Position numbers and translations under genes: made by a program. Of a stretch of DNA of 32,000 nucleotides, positions 18,414-28,176 are shown one piece after another. The notes below the pieces were generated by a model. It saw only the letters and a program-made list of their open reading frames with translations. It was not told the origin of the DNA and did no database searches. Source of the stretch: [Limnothrix rosea] IAM M-220 (GTDB lineage Bacteria > Cyanobacteriota > Cyanobacteriia > Cyanobacteriales > MRBY01); NCBI RefSeq assembly GCF_001904615.1, contig NZ_MRBY01000001.1, forward strand, positions 101,380 through 133,379, written 5' to 3'. The number at the start of each line of letters is the position of its first letter. The first letter of the stretch is position 1.

Positions 18414-19742
18414 GTGCCCCAACCTCAGTCTGAACCGCCTAGTTTATTGCTCCAGTTAGTCCGAGGAGCAGGCGTTGCTTTAGTCATTCAGATTGTCAGC
18501 TCAGGGGTCATTTATGGCTCGCAAGTCCTATTAGCACGCTGGATGGGCGCGGCAGAATACGGCATCTATGACTATGTGAATGCGGTGATTATTTCCTTCG
18601 CTTTATTTGCTGGACTTGGCTTGCCCAGCACTGTCTTACGGTTTGTGCCGTCATATCAAGCTCACAAACGTTGGTCATCTTTGAAGGGCATTATTCGCAG
18701 CAGTTGGCTCCAGACTGTGATCATCAGCTTGGTTGTTACGGCGATCGCCTCCGTAATTTGGCTCAGGCTAAATGAGACTAGAAATTTTGAAGAATATGTC
18801 GTGCCAATGAGCATTGGACTGTTAGCGACTCCGATTGTGGCGTTAATTAATCTCCAACGAGAAATCATCCGTGGCTGCCAAAAAATTGCCTTAGCTTATT
18901 TTCCTGAGTTCATTCTTCATCCATTCCTGCTTGCCTGTATTGCTGGGATTTGGCAAATTTCCCACACGCTAACCAGCACCAATGCACTCTGGATTTTTAT
19001 TGTCTCTGGAATCCTAATTGTGTGTGTACAAGGGTTTTGGTTTTTGCAAACTTTAGATAATTCGATTCGCGATGCCCCGCCAAAATACGAGATTAAACAA
19101 TGGTGGGGCGTGGCTTTACCCTTAATGCTGATGGGCGGTTCACAAATTATTCTCAGTCAAACCGATACCCTGATGATTGGCGCTCTTCTCGATGCAAAAC
19201 AGGTAGGGATCTATGGTGCAGCCCTGAAGACATCGGCTTGGGTAAAGTTTATTTTGATGTCCGTCAACTCAATTACCGCTCCGCTCATTGCATCACTCTA
19301 TAGTCAGGGCGATCGCCGAGGATTGCAGGAGCTTGTCTCTACCAATGCTCGCTGGATGTTTTATCCGGCTTTGGTGACGGCGATTGGTCTCGTGAGTTTT
19401 TCAGAACCCGTTTTGCAGTTATTTGGCAGCGAATTTACTGCGGCAAAATGGGCATTGGCGCTTTTGATTGTGGGGCAACTTGTCAATGTTGGCTCTGGCT
19501 CGGTCGGTTATCTCATGACGATGACGGGACATCAAAACCAAGCGGCTAAAGTGATGTTCGTCGCGGCGATCGCCAACGCGATTTTGAATTGGGTGGGCAT
19601 TAAATTTTTCGGGATTCTCGGCGCGGCATTTGCGACGGCTTTTTCCATGAGTCTTTGGAATATTTGGCTTTATCATCTTGTCACCAAACAGATTGGTGTT
19701 TTTCCTTCAATTCTTGATAGCTATCGCACCCCGTCAAAATAA
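18414..19742 (+). CDS. Polysaccharide flippase (Wzx/MATE-like oligosaccharide exporter)
   Basis: 442 aa with many TM segments; GSQVLLARWMGAAEYGIYDYVNAVI and LSQTDTLMIGALLDAKQVGIYGAALKTS motifs of the polysaccharide biosynthesis protein family. Confidence 0.85.
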   Translation: MPQPQSEPPSLLLQLVRGAGVALVIQIVSSGVIYGSQVLLARWMGAAEYGIYDYVNAVIISFALFAGLGLPSTVLRFVPSYQAHKRWSSLKGIIRSSWLQTVIISLVVTAIASVIWLRLNETRNFEEYVVPMSIGLLATPIVALINLQREIIRGCQKIALAYFPEFILHPFLLACIAGIWQISHTLTSTNALWIFIVSGILIVCVQGFWFLQTLDNSIRDAPPKYEIKQWWGVALPLMLMGGSQIILSQTDTLMIGALLDAKQVGIYGAALKTSAWVKFILMSVNSITAPLIASLYSQGDRRGLQELVSTNARWMFYPALVTAIGLVSFSEPVLQLFGSEFTAAKWALALLIVGQLVNVGSGSVGYLMTMTGHQNQAAKVMFVAAIANAILNWVGIKFFGILGAAFATAFSMSLWNIWLYHLVTKQIGVFPSILDSYRTPSK

Positions 19743-19834
19743 AGTCGAAACTAATTGGACTTTGGGAACGAAGCGAGAGGAATTAATGACAGTTCTTTTA
19801 AGATTGGAGCAGTCACTTTTTTGCTCTGATTTCC

Positions 19835-22447
19835 ATGCGCGATCGCCTGTTGCAAGTTGTTAGTTTAGGTCTTGGACTCTTTGCCCTTGGGGTTTATGGT
19901 TGGGCTGTACTAATGCCGGATAACCATAGTTTTATGGTTGGCTTGCCTTGGTTTTATTTGGTGCAAGGCGGATTTTTATGTGGCGTAATCTGGGCGATCG
20001 CCCAGATTTGGGGGCAGCGCCAAGGAGAATCAAAGGGTTTATGGTGGCTGGGTGGCAACCTAGACTGGGTGATTTTTTGTCTCATTGCGACGCTAAGTTT
20101 GTCGTTGGTGACGGCTCCGTTTCGAGAAATGGCGGTGTTGTATAGTGCCGTAGATATTGCCTATATCGGTATTTTGTATGGGCTACATCACTTTTGGCTC
20201 CAGCAGTCTAGGGCAGAAAAAAGCCAGGCGCTACTGACCCATCCGCTACTACTCGCCCAAGGATTATTGTGTGGAGCCTTTAGCATTTGGAGCTTAACGC
20301 TTTGGCTTACAGAGACGGTGTTGCCAGAGCTGGCGCGACTTGACGCTTTAAAGGAGCTGGGGATTGCCGCGGAATATCGATTTTCGAGCGTCACTTTACG
20401 AAACTGGGCAACCTTTGGTCATCCTAATTATGTTGCAGGATTTTTATTATTGGCGCTACCGCTCTTAATCAGTTTGGCGATCGCCGCAAAATCTTGGCAG
20501 CGGTGGTTTTGGGTGGCGTGCTGTAGCCTTAGTTTTATTGCGTTTTATTCGACAAATTCTCGCGGTGGCTGGCTTGGATTATGCGTGTCGTTCGGGGTCA
20601 TGGTTCTGTTGCTACTCTGGAAAAGTACGTTGCCACGGCGTTGGCTTGGTTTGGGCGGCATATCAGGATTGACATTGCTTGTGCTCTGGGCTGTCCAAAA
20701 TGAGCGACTACGGGGCACTTTCACAGGGCTTTTTTCTTTTGGTCAACAGGGGGGCGAATTTGCCTATCGCTGGATCACGACCTACACCGGCTGGCAAATG
20801 GGCTGGGAGCAACCGCTAGCGGGACAGGGATTAGGTTCTGTGGCTTTGCTGTATCAAGAGTTTCGTCCAGTTTGGGCTGGTTTAGAAGCCGAGATTTTAT
20901 TTCAACTCCACAGTACTCCCATACAAATTTGGGCAGAGTTGGGGTTACTGGGCAGTTTCACAATGTTGCTTGGTTTAGGTTTGCTGGCCAAAATGTGGTG
21001 GAAATTATTGCAACCTAAGATTTGGAAGGCGATCGCCGCTGAAGACAAAATTTTGGTTTATGCCATTGGCGCGGCCGGGATTGGCTATGGCGTGATGGCT
21101 TTAACGGATTATCAACTTGATGTGGTGGCGATCGCCAGCTTTTTATTACTCTACATTTCTCTCCTCACGAATTTGCACCACCGTTACGTTAGGCCCGTCG
21201 TCGCCCTCAAGCCCATTTTTCAACCATTATCCCTCGGCCTAATTGGTTTGATACTGGCGGGAATTTTAAGTTGGTCAATACCAATGAATGCAGCCTTTGC
21301 CTCCTCCCACCTTGGATTCAAGTCATTGCGGCAAGAAAAACTAGAAACCTTTGTGGATCAACTCGCCACCGCCCATTCCCTCGCACCTTGGCAGCCTTAC
21401 TATGCCTACCAACTGGGTTGGTCATTGGGGGAACTGGCACTCTGGGATAATCATCCTGCTGATATTCAACGCACGTTACGGGAAGAAGCGATCCTCTGGT
21501 TTCAACGGGCGATCGCCGCCTCACCGAGCTACGAATTTGGGCACAGCAGTTTAGGTTGGCTCACCCTTGTGGACACACCGACTGCTGCCACGGCCTATTT
21601 TAGTCGCGCCATGGAACTCATGCCCTACCATCGTTTAACGCTATTTGGTTTGGGAGAAAGTTGGTTTAAGCGTGGAGAAATTGAGAAAGCAATCGAGGCG
21701 ATCGCCATTGAATTTGTGCGCTTTCCAGAATTTGCGATGAGTCCGCTGTGGCTCAAGGCAGAATGGCTCGACTACTATCCCGCAATATTGGAACGGACTG
21801 ACGAGATTTTCACTGATTTAATCATCGCGACAAAGCCAAAAAATCAAACCCTGCAAACCCAACTCCACCAAAACCGTGGGGCTCTGCGGTGGTATTACAG
21901 CGATGATGCCGGAGCTGCAGAAGACTTTTCGGTCAATAACTTTACATTGGGGCAATTACTGCTCGCCCTAGAAAAAACAACTCCTGAAACTTGGCAACAA
22001 GATTTAACTGCTGAACAAATTAATACCCTACACACAGCGATTAGTGACAATAAAAAATGGGCATTGGCGATCGCCGCGTGGCTCTACCCAGAGGAAGCCG
22101 AACCCTACCTAAAAAAAGCATTCCAACTGAGCGATCTATCCAATCAACCAAAGATACTCAGGGAATCACTACGCCGTTTAAAAAATCAGAAATCCCTGCG
22201 AGCCTGGCTCAGAAACCAAGACTATCTACGTCCAAGTCGGATTCAACGCGTCGGTTTTAACGTCATTTCTCGACACCTCGGCGGCGCTAAACCACGGGAT
22301 TTCGGTGAGTTTTACGACAATATTTTAATGGGTAATTTATTTAATAATCTGTTTGTCACCGTGCGTTATGCTCCGGATTTAGACCTCAATCTTTCACAAT
22401 ATTGGCAACCTTTACTCGAATTACCATCAACCCCAAAACCCCAATAA
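19835..22447 (+). CDS. O-antigen ligase/polymerase-like membrane protein with C-terminal TPR-like region
   Basis: N-terminal multi-TM region with FGHPNYVAGFLLLALPLL and SFIAFYSTNSRGGWLGL (Wzy_C-type motif); C-terminal helical repeats (AIAASPSYEFGHSSLGWLTLVDTPTAATAYFSRAMELMPYHRLTLFGLGESWFKRGEIEKAIEA). Confidence 0.85.
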   Translation: MRDRLLQVVSLGLGLFALGVYGWAVLMPDNHSFMVGLPWFYLVQGGFLCGVIWAIAQIWGQRQGESKGLWWLGGNLDWVIFCLIATLSLSLVTAPFREMAVLYSAVDIAYIGILYGLHHFWLQQSRAEKSQALLTHPLLLAQGLLCGAFSIWSLTLWLTETVLPELARLDALKELGIAAEYRFSSVTLRNWATFGHPNYVAGFLLLALPLLISLAIAAKSWQRWFWVACCSLSFIAFYSTNSRGGWLGLCVSFGVMVLLLLWKSTLPRRWLGLGGISGLTLLVLWAVQNERLRGTFTGLFSFGQQGGEFAYRWITTYTGWQMGWEQPLAGQGLGSVALLYQEFRPVWAGLEAEILFQLHSTPIQIWAELGLLGSFTMLLGLGLLAKMWWKLLQPKIWKAIAAEDKILVYAIGAAGIGYGVMALTDYQLDVVAIASFLLLYISLLTNLHHRYVRPVVALKPIFQPLSLGLIGLILAGILSWSIPMNAAFASSHLGFKSLRQEKLETFVDQLATAHSLAPWQPYYAYQLGWSLGELALWDNHPADIQRTLREEAILWFQRAIAASPSYEFGHSSLGWLTLVDTPTAATAYFSRAMELMPYHRLTLFGLGESWFKRGEIEKAIEAIAIEFVRFPEFAMSPLWLKAEWLDYYPAILERTDEIFTDLIIATKPKNQTLQTQLHQNRGALRWYYSDDAGAAEDFSVNNFTLGQLLLALEKTTPETWQQDLTAEQINTLHTAISDNKKWALAIAAWLYPEEAEPYLKKAFQLSDLSNQPKILRESLRRLKNQKSLRAWLRNQDYLRPSRIQRVGFNVISRHLGGAKPRDFGEFYDNILMGNLFNNLFVTVRYAPDLDLNLSQYWQPLLELPSTPKPQ

Positions 22448-22517
22448 AAATCCCCCTTATCAGTAAGAGGGATACAAAAAAAGATCGACAAATCAAGTTG
22501 AGTTTTGAAGTTTAGAG

Positions 22518-23726
22518 TTAGGACTTGGCGGCGTGGGCAGCAGCACGCTCAGACGTTTGTGTCCATTTAGACGTGCAAAGAATGCGACTGCGATCGCAGC
22601 GGTCTACATACTTACTGGCAATATCCGTCACCTCCAGCATCAAACCCTTATCAAGTTTGGTGGGTTCTAAACCCATATCGAGGAAACACTGATTTTCCAC
22701 ATAAAGATCATTTTCAGAATCTTCATTCCGGGGATTTTCAAGGTACTGAATTTCTGCACCTGTAATGTTATTGATGATTTCCGCTAATTCCTTAACGCGG
22801 TGAGTTTCTGTCATTTGGTTCAGGATTTTGACGCGCTCTCCTTTTTCTGGTGGGTTGGCGATCGCCAGCTCCACACATTTAACAGTGTCTTTAATGTGAA
22901 TAAAGGCGCGAGTTTGGCCACCAGTACCATGCACCGTAAGGGGATAGCCCACTGCCGCTTGCATCAAGAAACGATTGAGTACTGTGCCATAGTCACCATC
23001 ATAGTCAAAACGATTAATGAGCCGCTCATCCATCGCCGTTTCCGGTGTGTTAGTTCCCCAGACAATACCTTGGTGGAGATCTGTGACACGGACTTTATCG
23101 TTTTTGTTGTAATACGCAAAGAACAGTTGATCCTGCGTCTTGGTCATGTGGTAGATGCTACCCGGATTTGCCGGGTGAAGAATTTGCTTTTCAATGACCT
23201 TGCCATCCTCCGTCACCACCTGAATATCAAGGTAGCCTTCGGGGATTTTCATGCCCGCAGTGCCATAACCATACACACCCATGGTGCCGAGGTGGACGAT
23301 ATGAATATCTAGACCAGATTCAACCACTGCACAAAGCACATTGTTTGTGCCATTGAGATTATTATCGACGGTATAACGCTTATGCTTCGCCGATTTCATC
23401 GAGTAGGGAGCCGCCCGCTGCTCAGCGAAGTGAACAATCGCATCTGGTTCGTAATCCAAAAGAAGATTTAGGAGGCGATCGTATTCTTTGGCGATATCAA
23501 AATTCAAAAACTTGATGCGCTTGCCAGTGAGTTCTTGCCACGCTTCAAGGCGCACAGACATTGGCCGGATGGGAGTCAGAGAATCCACTTCCAGCTCATT
23601 ATCGATATTTCGTCTAGAAAGATTATCAACAATAACGACATCGTGACCTGCTTGGGATAGGTGTAACGATGTGGGCCAGCCGCAGAATCCGTCTCCACCC
23701 AGAACAATGATTTTCATTGATTTCAC
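22518..23726 (-). CDS. sqdB: UDP-sulfoquinovose synthase
   Basis: MKIIVLGGDGFCGWPTSLHLSQAGHDVVIVDNLSRR, HFAEQRAAPYSMKS, GTMGVYGYG and TVHGTGGQTRAFIHIKDTVKCVELA. Confidence 0.96.
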   Translation of the reverse strand: MKSMKIIVLGGDGFCGWPTSLHLSQAGHDVVIVDNLSRRNIDNELEVDSLTPIRPMSVRLEAWQELTGKRIKFLNFDIAKEYDRLLNLLLDYEPDAIVHFAEQRAAPYSMKSAKHKRYTVDNNLNGTNNVLCAVVESGLDIHIVHLGTMGVYGYGTAGMKIPEGYLDIQVVTEDGKVIEKQILHPANPGSIYHMTKTQDQLFFAYYNKNDKVRVTDLHQGIVWGTNTPETAMDERLINRFDYDGDYGTVLNRFLMQAAVGYPLTVHGTGGQTRAFIHIKDTVKCVELAIANPPEKGERVKILNQMTETHRVKELAEIINNITGAEIQYLENPRNEDSENDLYVENQCFLDMGLEPTKLDKGLMLEVTDIASKYVDRCDRSRILCTSKWTQTSERAAAHAAKS

Positions 23727-24044
23727 TCCTTCGGTTGCTTGTGAATTTTCTTGTGAATACTGTCAAAATCGCATGCATGGCATCAGCGTTTTTGCGAAAC
23801 TCACTTTAACAAATGCTTCGTACTACTTATACTCTGTGGTGAGTTGGTAGCAAAGTTAGACGCTATCTGTGATTTTCGTGATTTAAATGGGTCAAATGAG
23901 CTTGATGCCCCTTAAACTGCTGAGATTATCCCATATTATGAACGGCTGAGATCGGAGTAAAATAAGTTCTCGAAAGTTGCTGAGAGGCTTACTAAATAAA
24001 GGTTTTTGGGTTAAGAAAACAGTAAGGTGTGGCGATCGCCCCGT

Positions 24045-24635
24045 TTAGGCTTGCTGTAAAACCTGGGCGGCTGTAATTTCGTTTTCTGGTTGTAATTCTT
24101 GAAGTAAAGGTGAGGTCAAAATCTCTGCATCAACAAAAGTGGCTTCGTCGTATAAACCTTCATTTAACGACAAGATGGTGACTTTACTGGTAAGGGGATC
24201 GACAATCCAATATTCACTAATACCCCGCGCTTGATATTGTGCCCGCTTATAACGATAGTCCCGATTAATATTTACTTTGCCCGGCGAAACCACTTCAACT
24301 ACAAGCTTTGGTGGCGGCATATCAGGCATGATTGTCGAACGCGTTGCACCTTCTAGAGCAAGAGCCGCTTCTTCCGATAAAACTGTGAAATCGGGAACTC
24401 GCACGGATTCTTTAGAGCCTGTAACTGCCACTTCAATACCAATACGCAAGCAGTAGGGAGCAATTCCGAGTTTTAGAAAATATGCAAACAAAAAAGACGC
24501 AATGCGCTGATTTTGGTCGCTTTCGGGGGGCATTTCCACTAATTCTCCATTTTCTAGCTCATAGCAAATGTTTTCTTCTGGGTAAAAAGCAAGAAATTCG
24601 GCGAGGGTCATTCCTCGTGAGGCGATCGCCACCAT
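24045..24635 (-). CDS. Uma2 family (DUF820) putative PD-(D/E)XK nuclease fold protein
   Basis: VRVPDFTVLSEEAAL, PKLVVEVVSPG and YRAQGISEYWIVDPLTSKVTI. Confidence 0.88.
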   Translation of the reverse strand: MVAIASRGMTLAEFLAFYPEENICYELENGELVEMPPESDQNQRIASFLFAYFLKLGIAPYCLRIGIEVAVTGSKESVRVPDFTVLSEEAALALEGATRSTIMPDMPPPKLVVEVVSPGKVNINRDYRYKRAQYQARGISEYWIVDPLTSKVTILSLNEGLYDEATFVDAEILTSPLLQELQPENEITAAQVLQQA

Positions 24636-24694
24636 AATGATTGTCCTCAGATTATTGCAACCTTATTGATTAATTTTGGCATAGTTCCTCAAAC

Positions 24695-26899
24695 TCAACT
24701 GGTTGAGATGATTAGTTGTGGAGAAGAAGTTTGTGCTGTTTTGATCGTTCCAATTTCAATGCTTGCGTCATAACCCACCTGCCGCAAATCTGCCAAACAA
24801 GCAGTTATTTTTTCAGGAGCGATACTCGCTAGCAATCCCCCAGATGTTTGCGGGTCAAAAAGCAATTCATATTTCGGGTTTTCTCGTAATGACATATCCG
24901 CTTGGATAAATTGTTCGGCGGTGTGATTTTGCGGCGCGAGGGAACTGGTAAAGCCTTGTTTTATTGTTTCAACTGCCCCATGAAGCATCGGCAATTGATC
25001 TAAATATAATTCCGCTGAAAGTCCGGAAGGTTGCAGCATTTCGAGGAGATGTCCTGCTAGCCCAAACCCGGTGATATCGGTACAAGCGGTTGCGCCATAT
25101 TTGCGTAAAATTTCGGCGGCCTTGCGGTTGGATTGCACCATGGCGGCGATCGCCCCATCGAGCCATTTTCCCTTTGCCACTCGTTGCATTTCTGCCGCAA
25201 ACAATGTGCCCGTACCGAGGGGTTTTGTCAGGATTAAAGCTTGTCCTGCCTGTACTTCACCTTTTCGCCAAATGTCATCTTTTTGGATAAATCCATTGCA
25301 AGTTAACCCCAATCCTAATTTGTCAGCTTCGTTCGTATGACCACCGATTAATGCAATATTTTCCGCCCGCAAAACCTTGGTGACTCCCGCTAACATCTGT
25401 TGCAAAAGTCCCTGTTGGACTCTGGCTTCGCCGTGGGGAATACTCGCTAAAACCAAGACACTGTGGGGCATTGCACCCATCGTATAGAGATCGCTGAGGC
25501 AATGCTGGGTCACAATTTGACCGAGGAGATAGGGATCATTAATCAAGCTCGGAAAATAATCGACCGTTTGCACCAGAAGCTGATCCTTTGGCACTTGAAT
25601 GACCGCCGCGTCATCGGGTTGATCTAGCCCTACAACTACACCTTCAGTGTTCGATGTTTCAAGATCTGAAAGGGCGGCTGCCAAAATATTTTTCCCGACC
25701 TTTGCGCCACAGCCTGCACAATACATTTTTGGTGCAGGTTCAGTGGCTGTCGCGGCCACCATGGGTTTCATCTCCGGCAAATCGGCAAACTGATCCATAA
25801 ATTTGCGGTCGATTTTATCTTTCCAATGCCACAGCCAACGACTACGCCAACCTAGTTTCCACCACGAGGCGATCGCCTGTTGATCGCCAGTGCCAATGAG
25901 TGCGAGATAACGTTTTTGAGGGTTGTAATCAATTAAAGCTTCGCCAGTAAAAGTGCGTCGCCAATTTTGAAATAACGGTTTCCCTTGACGTACTGCAAAT
26001 ACTCCTGCTTTTGGTCTGGGATGGTTGCGCATAGATGCAATATCTCCCGTCGCAAAGACGAAAGGATGGGACGGCGATCGCAGCGTTTCATCCACCACGA
26101 CAAAACCCTTTGCATCGGTTTCAATCGCACTTTTTTCCAACCAATGTGCAGGCGATGCTTGCGTGACCCAAATCACCTTTCCCGTTAGCCGTAAGCCCGA
26201 TTGACATTGCAACCCCGATTTAAAAACCTCTGTTACTTCTTCGTTGAGGTGAATCTTAACGCCACGCTGCAACAATAACTTTTCTGTTTTTTGGCTGACC
26301 CAAGGATTTTCATTACCACTAATTAATGCCGAGCCGCGATGCACAAGGTGCAAAGAAAGTAAATTTGGTGATGTTAGTTTTTGGGTTAAAGCATGGTGAA
26401 TATTAAAAGCTAGTTCTGTGCCCCCTGCCCCACCCCCAACGATGATAATGTCCTGTTTTTGGGAAGGATTTTCTGATGCTTCATCGAGAATTTTTTGCCA
26501 CGCCGTCAGAAATTTTGGCACAGGCTTAGCCGGGATCGCATATTGCCTTGCTCCCGGAATATTTGTCACACTGGGAGTACTACCAATATCTAACGATAAA
26601 TAATCAAACCGTACCGGCGGGCGATCGCCACAAAGAATTATTTTATTCTCTAAATTTAAATCAAAAACTTTCTCTCTTAAAAAATCAGCTCCAGCAAAAT
26701 AGGCAAGGCGACGCAGATCGATATGGGTTTCGTCATAGCCATAAAACCCCGCAACATACCCCGGCAGCATCCCCGAATAGGGCGTGTAAGTCACATCACT
26801 AATTAAAGTAAGACGGACATTTCTGAGAGGATTCATTCCCCACATGCGTAGGGCGATCGCGTGACTATGACCACCACCCACCAAAACCAAATCTGTCAT
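24695..26899 (-). CDS. selD: Fusion of FAD-dependent NADH-dehydrogenase-like oxidoreductase with selenide, water dikinase (SelD)
   Basis: N-terminus LVLVGGGHSHAIALRMWGMNP..., IIIVGGGAGGTELAFNIH and VFATGDIASM. C-terminus YCAGCGAKVGKNILAAALSDL, QTVDYFPSLINDPYLLGQIVTQHCLSDLYTMGAMPHSVL, LIGGHTNEADKLGLGLTCNG and FDPQTSGGLL. Confidence 0.93.
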   Translation of the reverse strand: MTDLVLVGGGHSHAIALRMWGMNPLRNVRLTLISDVTYTPYSGMLPGYVAGFYGYDETHIDLRRLAYFAGADFLREKVFDLNLENKIILCGDRPPVRFDYLSLDIGSTPSVTNIPGARQYAIPAKPVPKFLTAWQKILDEASENPSQKQDIIIVGGGAGGTELAFNIHHALTQKLTSPNLLSLHLVHRGSALISGNENPWVSQKTEKLLLQRGVKIHLNEEVTEVFKSGLQCQSGLRLTGKVIWVTQASPAHWLEKSAIETDAKGFVVVDETLRSPSHPFVFATGDIASMRNHPRPKAGVFAVRQGKPLFQNWRRTFTGEALIDYNPQKRYLALIGTGDQQAIASWWKLGWRSRWLWHWKDKIDRKFMDQFADLPEMKPMVAATATEPAPKMYCAGCGAKVGKNILAAALSDLETSNTEGVVVGLDQPDDAAVIQVPKDQLLVQTVDYFPSLINDPYLLGQIVTQHCLSDLYTMGAMPHSVLVLASIPHGEARVQQGLLQQMLAGVTKVLRAENIALIGGHTNEADKLGLGLTCNGFIQKDDIWRKGEVQAGQALILTKPLGTGTLFAAEMQRVAKGKWLDGAIAAMVQSNRKAAEILRKYGATACTDITGFGLAGHLLEMLQPSGLSAELYLDQLPMLHGAVETIKQGFTSSLAPQNHTAEQFIQADMSLRENPKYELLFDPQTSGGLLASIAPEKITACLADLRQVGYDASIEIGTIKTAQTSSPQLIISTS

Positions 26900-27086
26900 A
26901 TATTATCTTGATCTCAACTGTACTTTGATTATTTTAAAGCGATATATAACCCTTGGGATATTTACATTTTTTTTAGAAAGAAAATGGACACAAAGAATAA
27001 TAGAAAATGGCTGTAATCCCCTACTATTCCTGTGCCCAAAAAACTAAATTTATTCGTTTTTCACTAACCTAAAATTATCATTGATA

Positions 27087-27524
27087 TCAAAAAGCATCTT
27101 TAATAGAATCGACCATATCCTCAGATAGATCCTTTAAACTATTCGCAGATTTCTCTAATTTTTCTTGCACCTTAGCAACATCTTGCTTCGCTTTCCCCTT
27201 GGCCTCTTGGGCTAAACCTTCCGCCTTCTCAGAAAGCCCAGAAACCTCGCTGGACACCTCACCAATATCCCGCTTAGCTCTACCGACCACTCGGTCAGCA
27301 GTACCTTCTACACGCTTACTTGCACTGCTATTCGTCACTTTGTCGAGCATATCTGAAGGACTAGGAACTTCCAATAAAAATGTGGCTTGAGACAGTGGTG
27401 CAGCCTGAGCAACTTGGTTGAATTTAAGGGTTACGTTAGGTTCGATAAAGGTTACTGACAATAATAAAAGACTACCCAGTAAAAGTTTTAATCCTGATTT
27501 TAAACTCATTTGTCGCTGATTCAT
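27087..27524 (-). CDS. Secreted or membrane-associated CsbD/apolipoprotein-like hypothetical protein
   Basis: Signal-peptide-like N-terminus (LLLGSLLLLSV...VAQAAP) followed by amphipathic RVEGTADRVVGRAKRDIGEVSSEVSGLSEKAEGLAQEAKGKAKQDV. Confidence 0.65.
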   Translation of the reverse strand: MNQRQMSLKSGLKLLLGSLLLLSVTFIEPNVTLKFNQVAQAAPLSQATFLLEVPSPSDMLDKVTNSSASKRVEGTADRVVGRAKRDIGEVSSEVSGLSEKAEGLAQEAKGKAKQDVAKVQEKLEKSANSLKDLSEDMVDSIKDAF

Positions 27525-27856
27525 TTTGAGAGATTATATATTTTGTACCCTAAGATAATAGAAAATTCGAGCATAAAAAATCATCTATCTAGAGGGTCTC
27601 TTCGACTTTTCTCTAGGTAGATTAACAGACGATGCCAAAGTCAAAATTTATGCCTTCTTGGCATAAGAATCTATGGATTATGGCTTATGTAAAATGGAAT
27701 ATGCCTAAAGATTTTTAGGATTTATCTCAATTGATAGAAGTCCTAGGTATGGTTTGAAGGCTATTGTGTTAATAGTTAAAACAAAGTTGGTGAATGCTTG
27801 TTTGACTTGACTAACTTTGTACTTGAATTTGTAGAATTATAGGAAATAAATTTATT

Positions 27857-28036
27857 ATGGGTAACGAAAATAGAATTGATGCTACTTTGAAAAATATCGA
27901 AGGAAAGGTTCAAGAGGCCGTTGGTGAATTCACGGGTGATCCGAAGGACCAAGCGGAGGGTAAAGTAAAGCAAGCGGAAGCTGAGGCTCAGCATACTGTT
28001 GAGAATGCTAAGGATGAAATTAAGAAAAATCTTTAA
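27857..28036 (+). CDS. CsbD family stress-response protein, 59 aa
   Basis: MGNENRIDATLKNIEGKVQEAVGEFTGDPKDQAEGKVKQAEAEAQHTVENAKDEIKKNL. Not in the ORF track because it is under 60 aa. Confidence 0.85.
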   Translation: MGNENRIDATLKNIEGKVQEAVGEFTGDPKDQAEGKVKQAEAEAQHTVENAKDEIKKNL

Positions 28037-28121
28037 TGGGATGATTTTTAGGTGATGTTTCTCTGGGGAGAGGATGTCAGTTTTTTATTAGGTAAAGGAG
28101 GTAAGGGGTGATGCTCTTTGC

Positions 28122-28157
28122 CTTTTTTATTTTTTTATTTTTTTATTTTTTTATTTT
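28122..28157. repeat. Short T-rich tandem array, roughly (TTTTTTTA)x4
   Basis: TTTTTTA TTTTTTTA TTTTTTTA TTTTTTTA TTTTA in the convergent csbD-like/mutY interval. Confidence 0.8.
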
Positions 28158-28176
28158 AAAATTCTCTGGATAGATC

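Noticed and set aside
18024-18459. ORFs 18024..18422 (-) and the 178-aa 17923..18459 (+) around rpmB
   Set aside because: They overlap rpmB or the start of the flippase gene and have no recognisable features. The intergenic part looks non-coding.
18414-22447. Flippase plus O-antigen-ligase-like pair considered as part of a novel capsule cluster
   Set aside because: Only two genes of ordinary families are present, with no glycosyltransferases nearby, so a full new biosynthetic locus is not supported.
22800-23312. 170-aa ORF antisense to sqdB
   Set aside because: It is long, but lies wholly within the sqdB gene and its translation has no family motifs. Treated as chance.
24045-24635. Uma2 family gene considered as a defence nuclease or mobile element marker
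   Set aside because: DUF820/Uma2 genes are very abundant in cyanobacteria, and there is no neighbouring transposase or defence gene to support a special role.
27776-27994. 72-aa ORF antisense to the CsbD-like gene
   Set aside because: The opposite strand encodes a recognisable CsbD protein; the antisense translation is low complexity.
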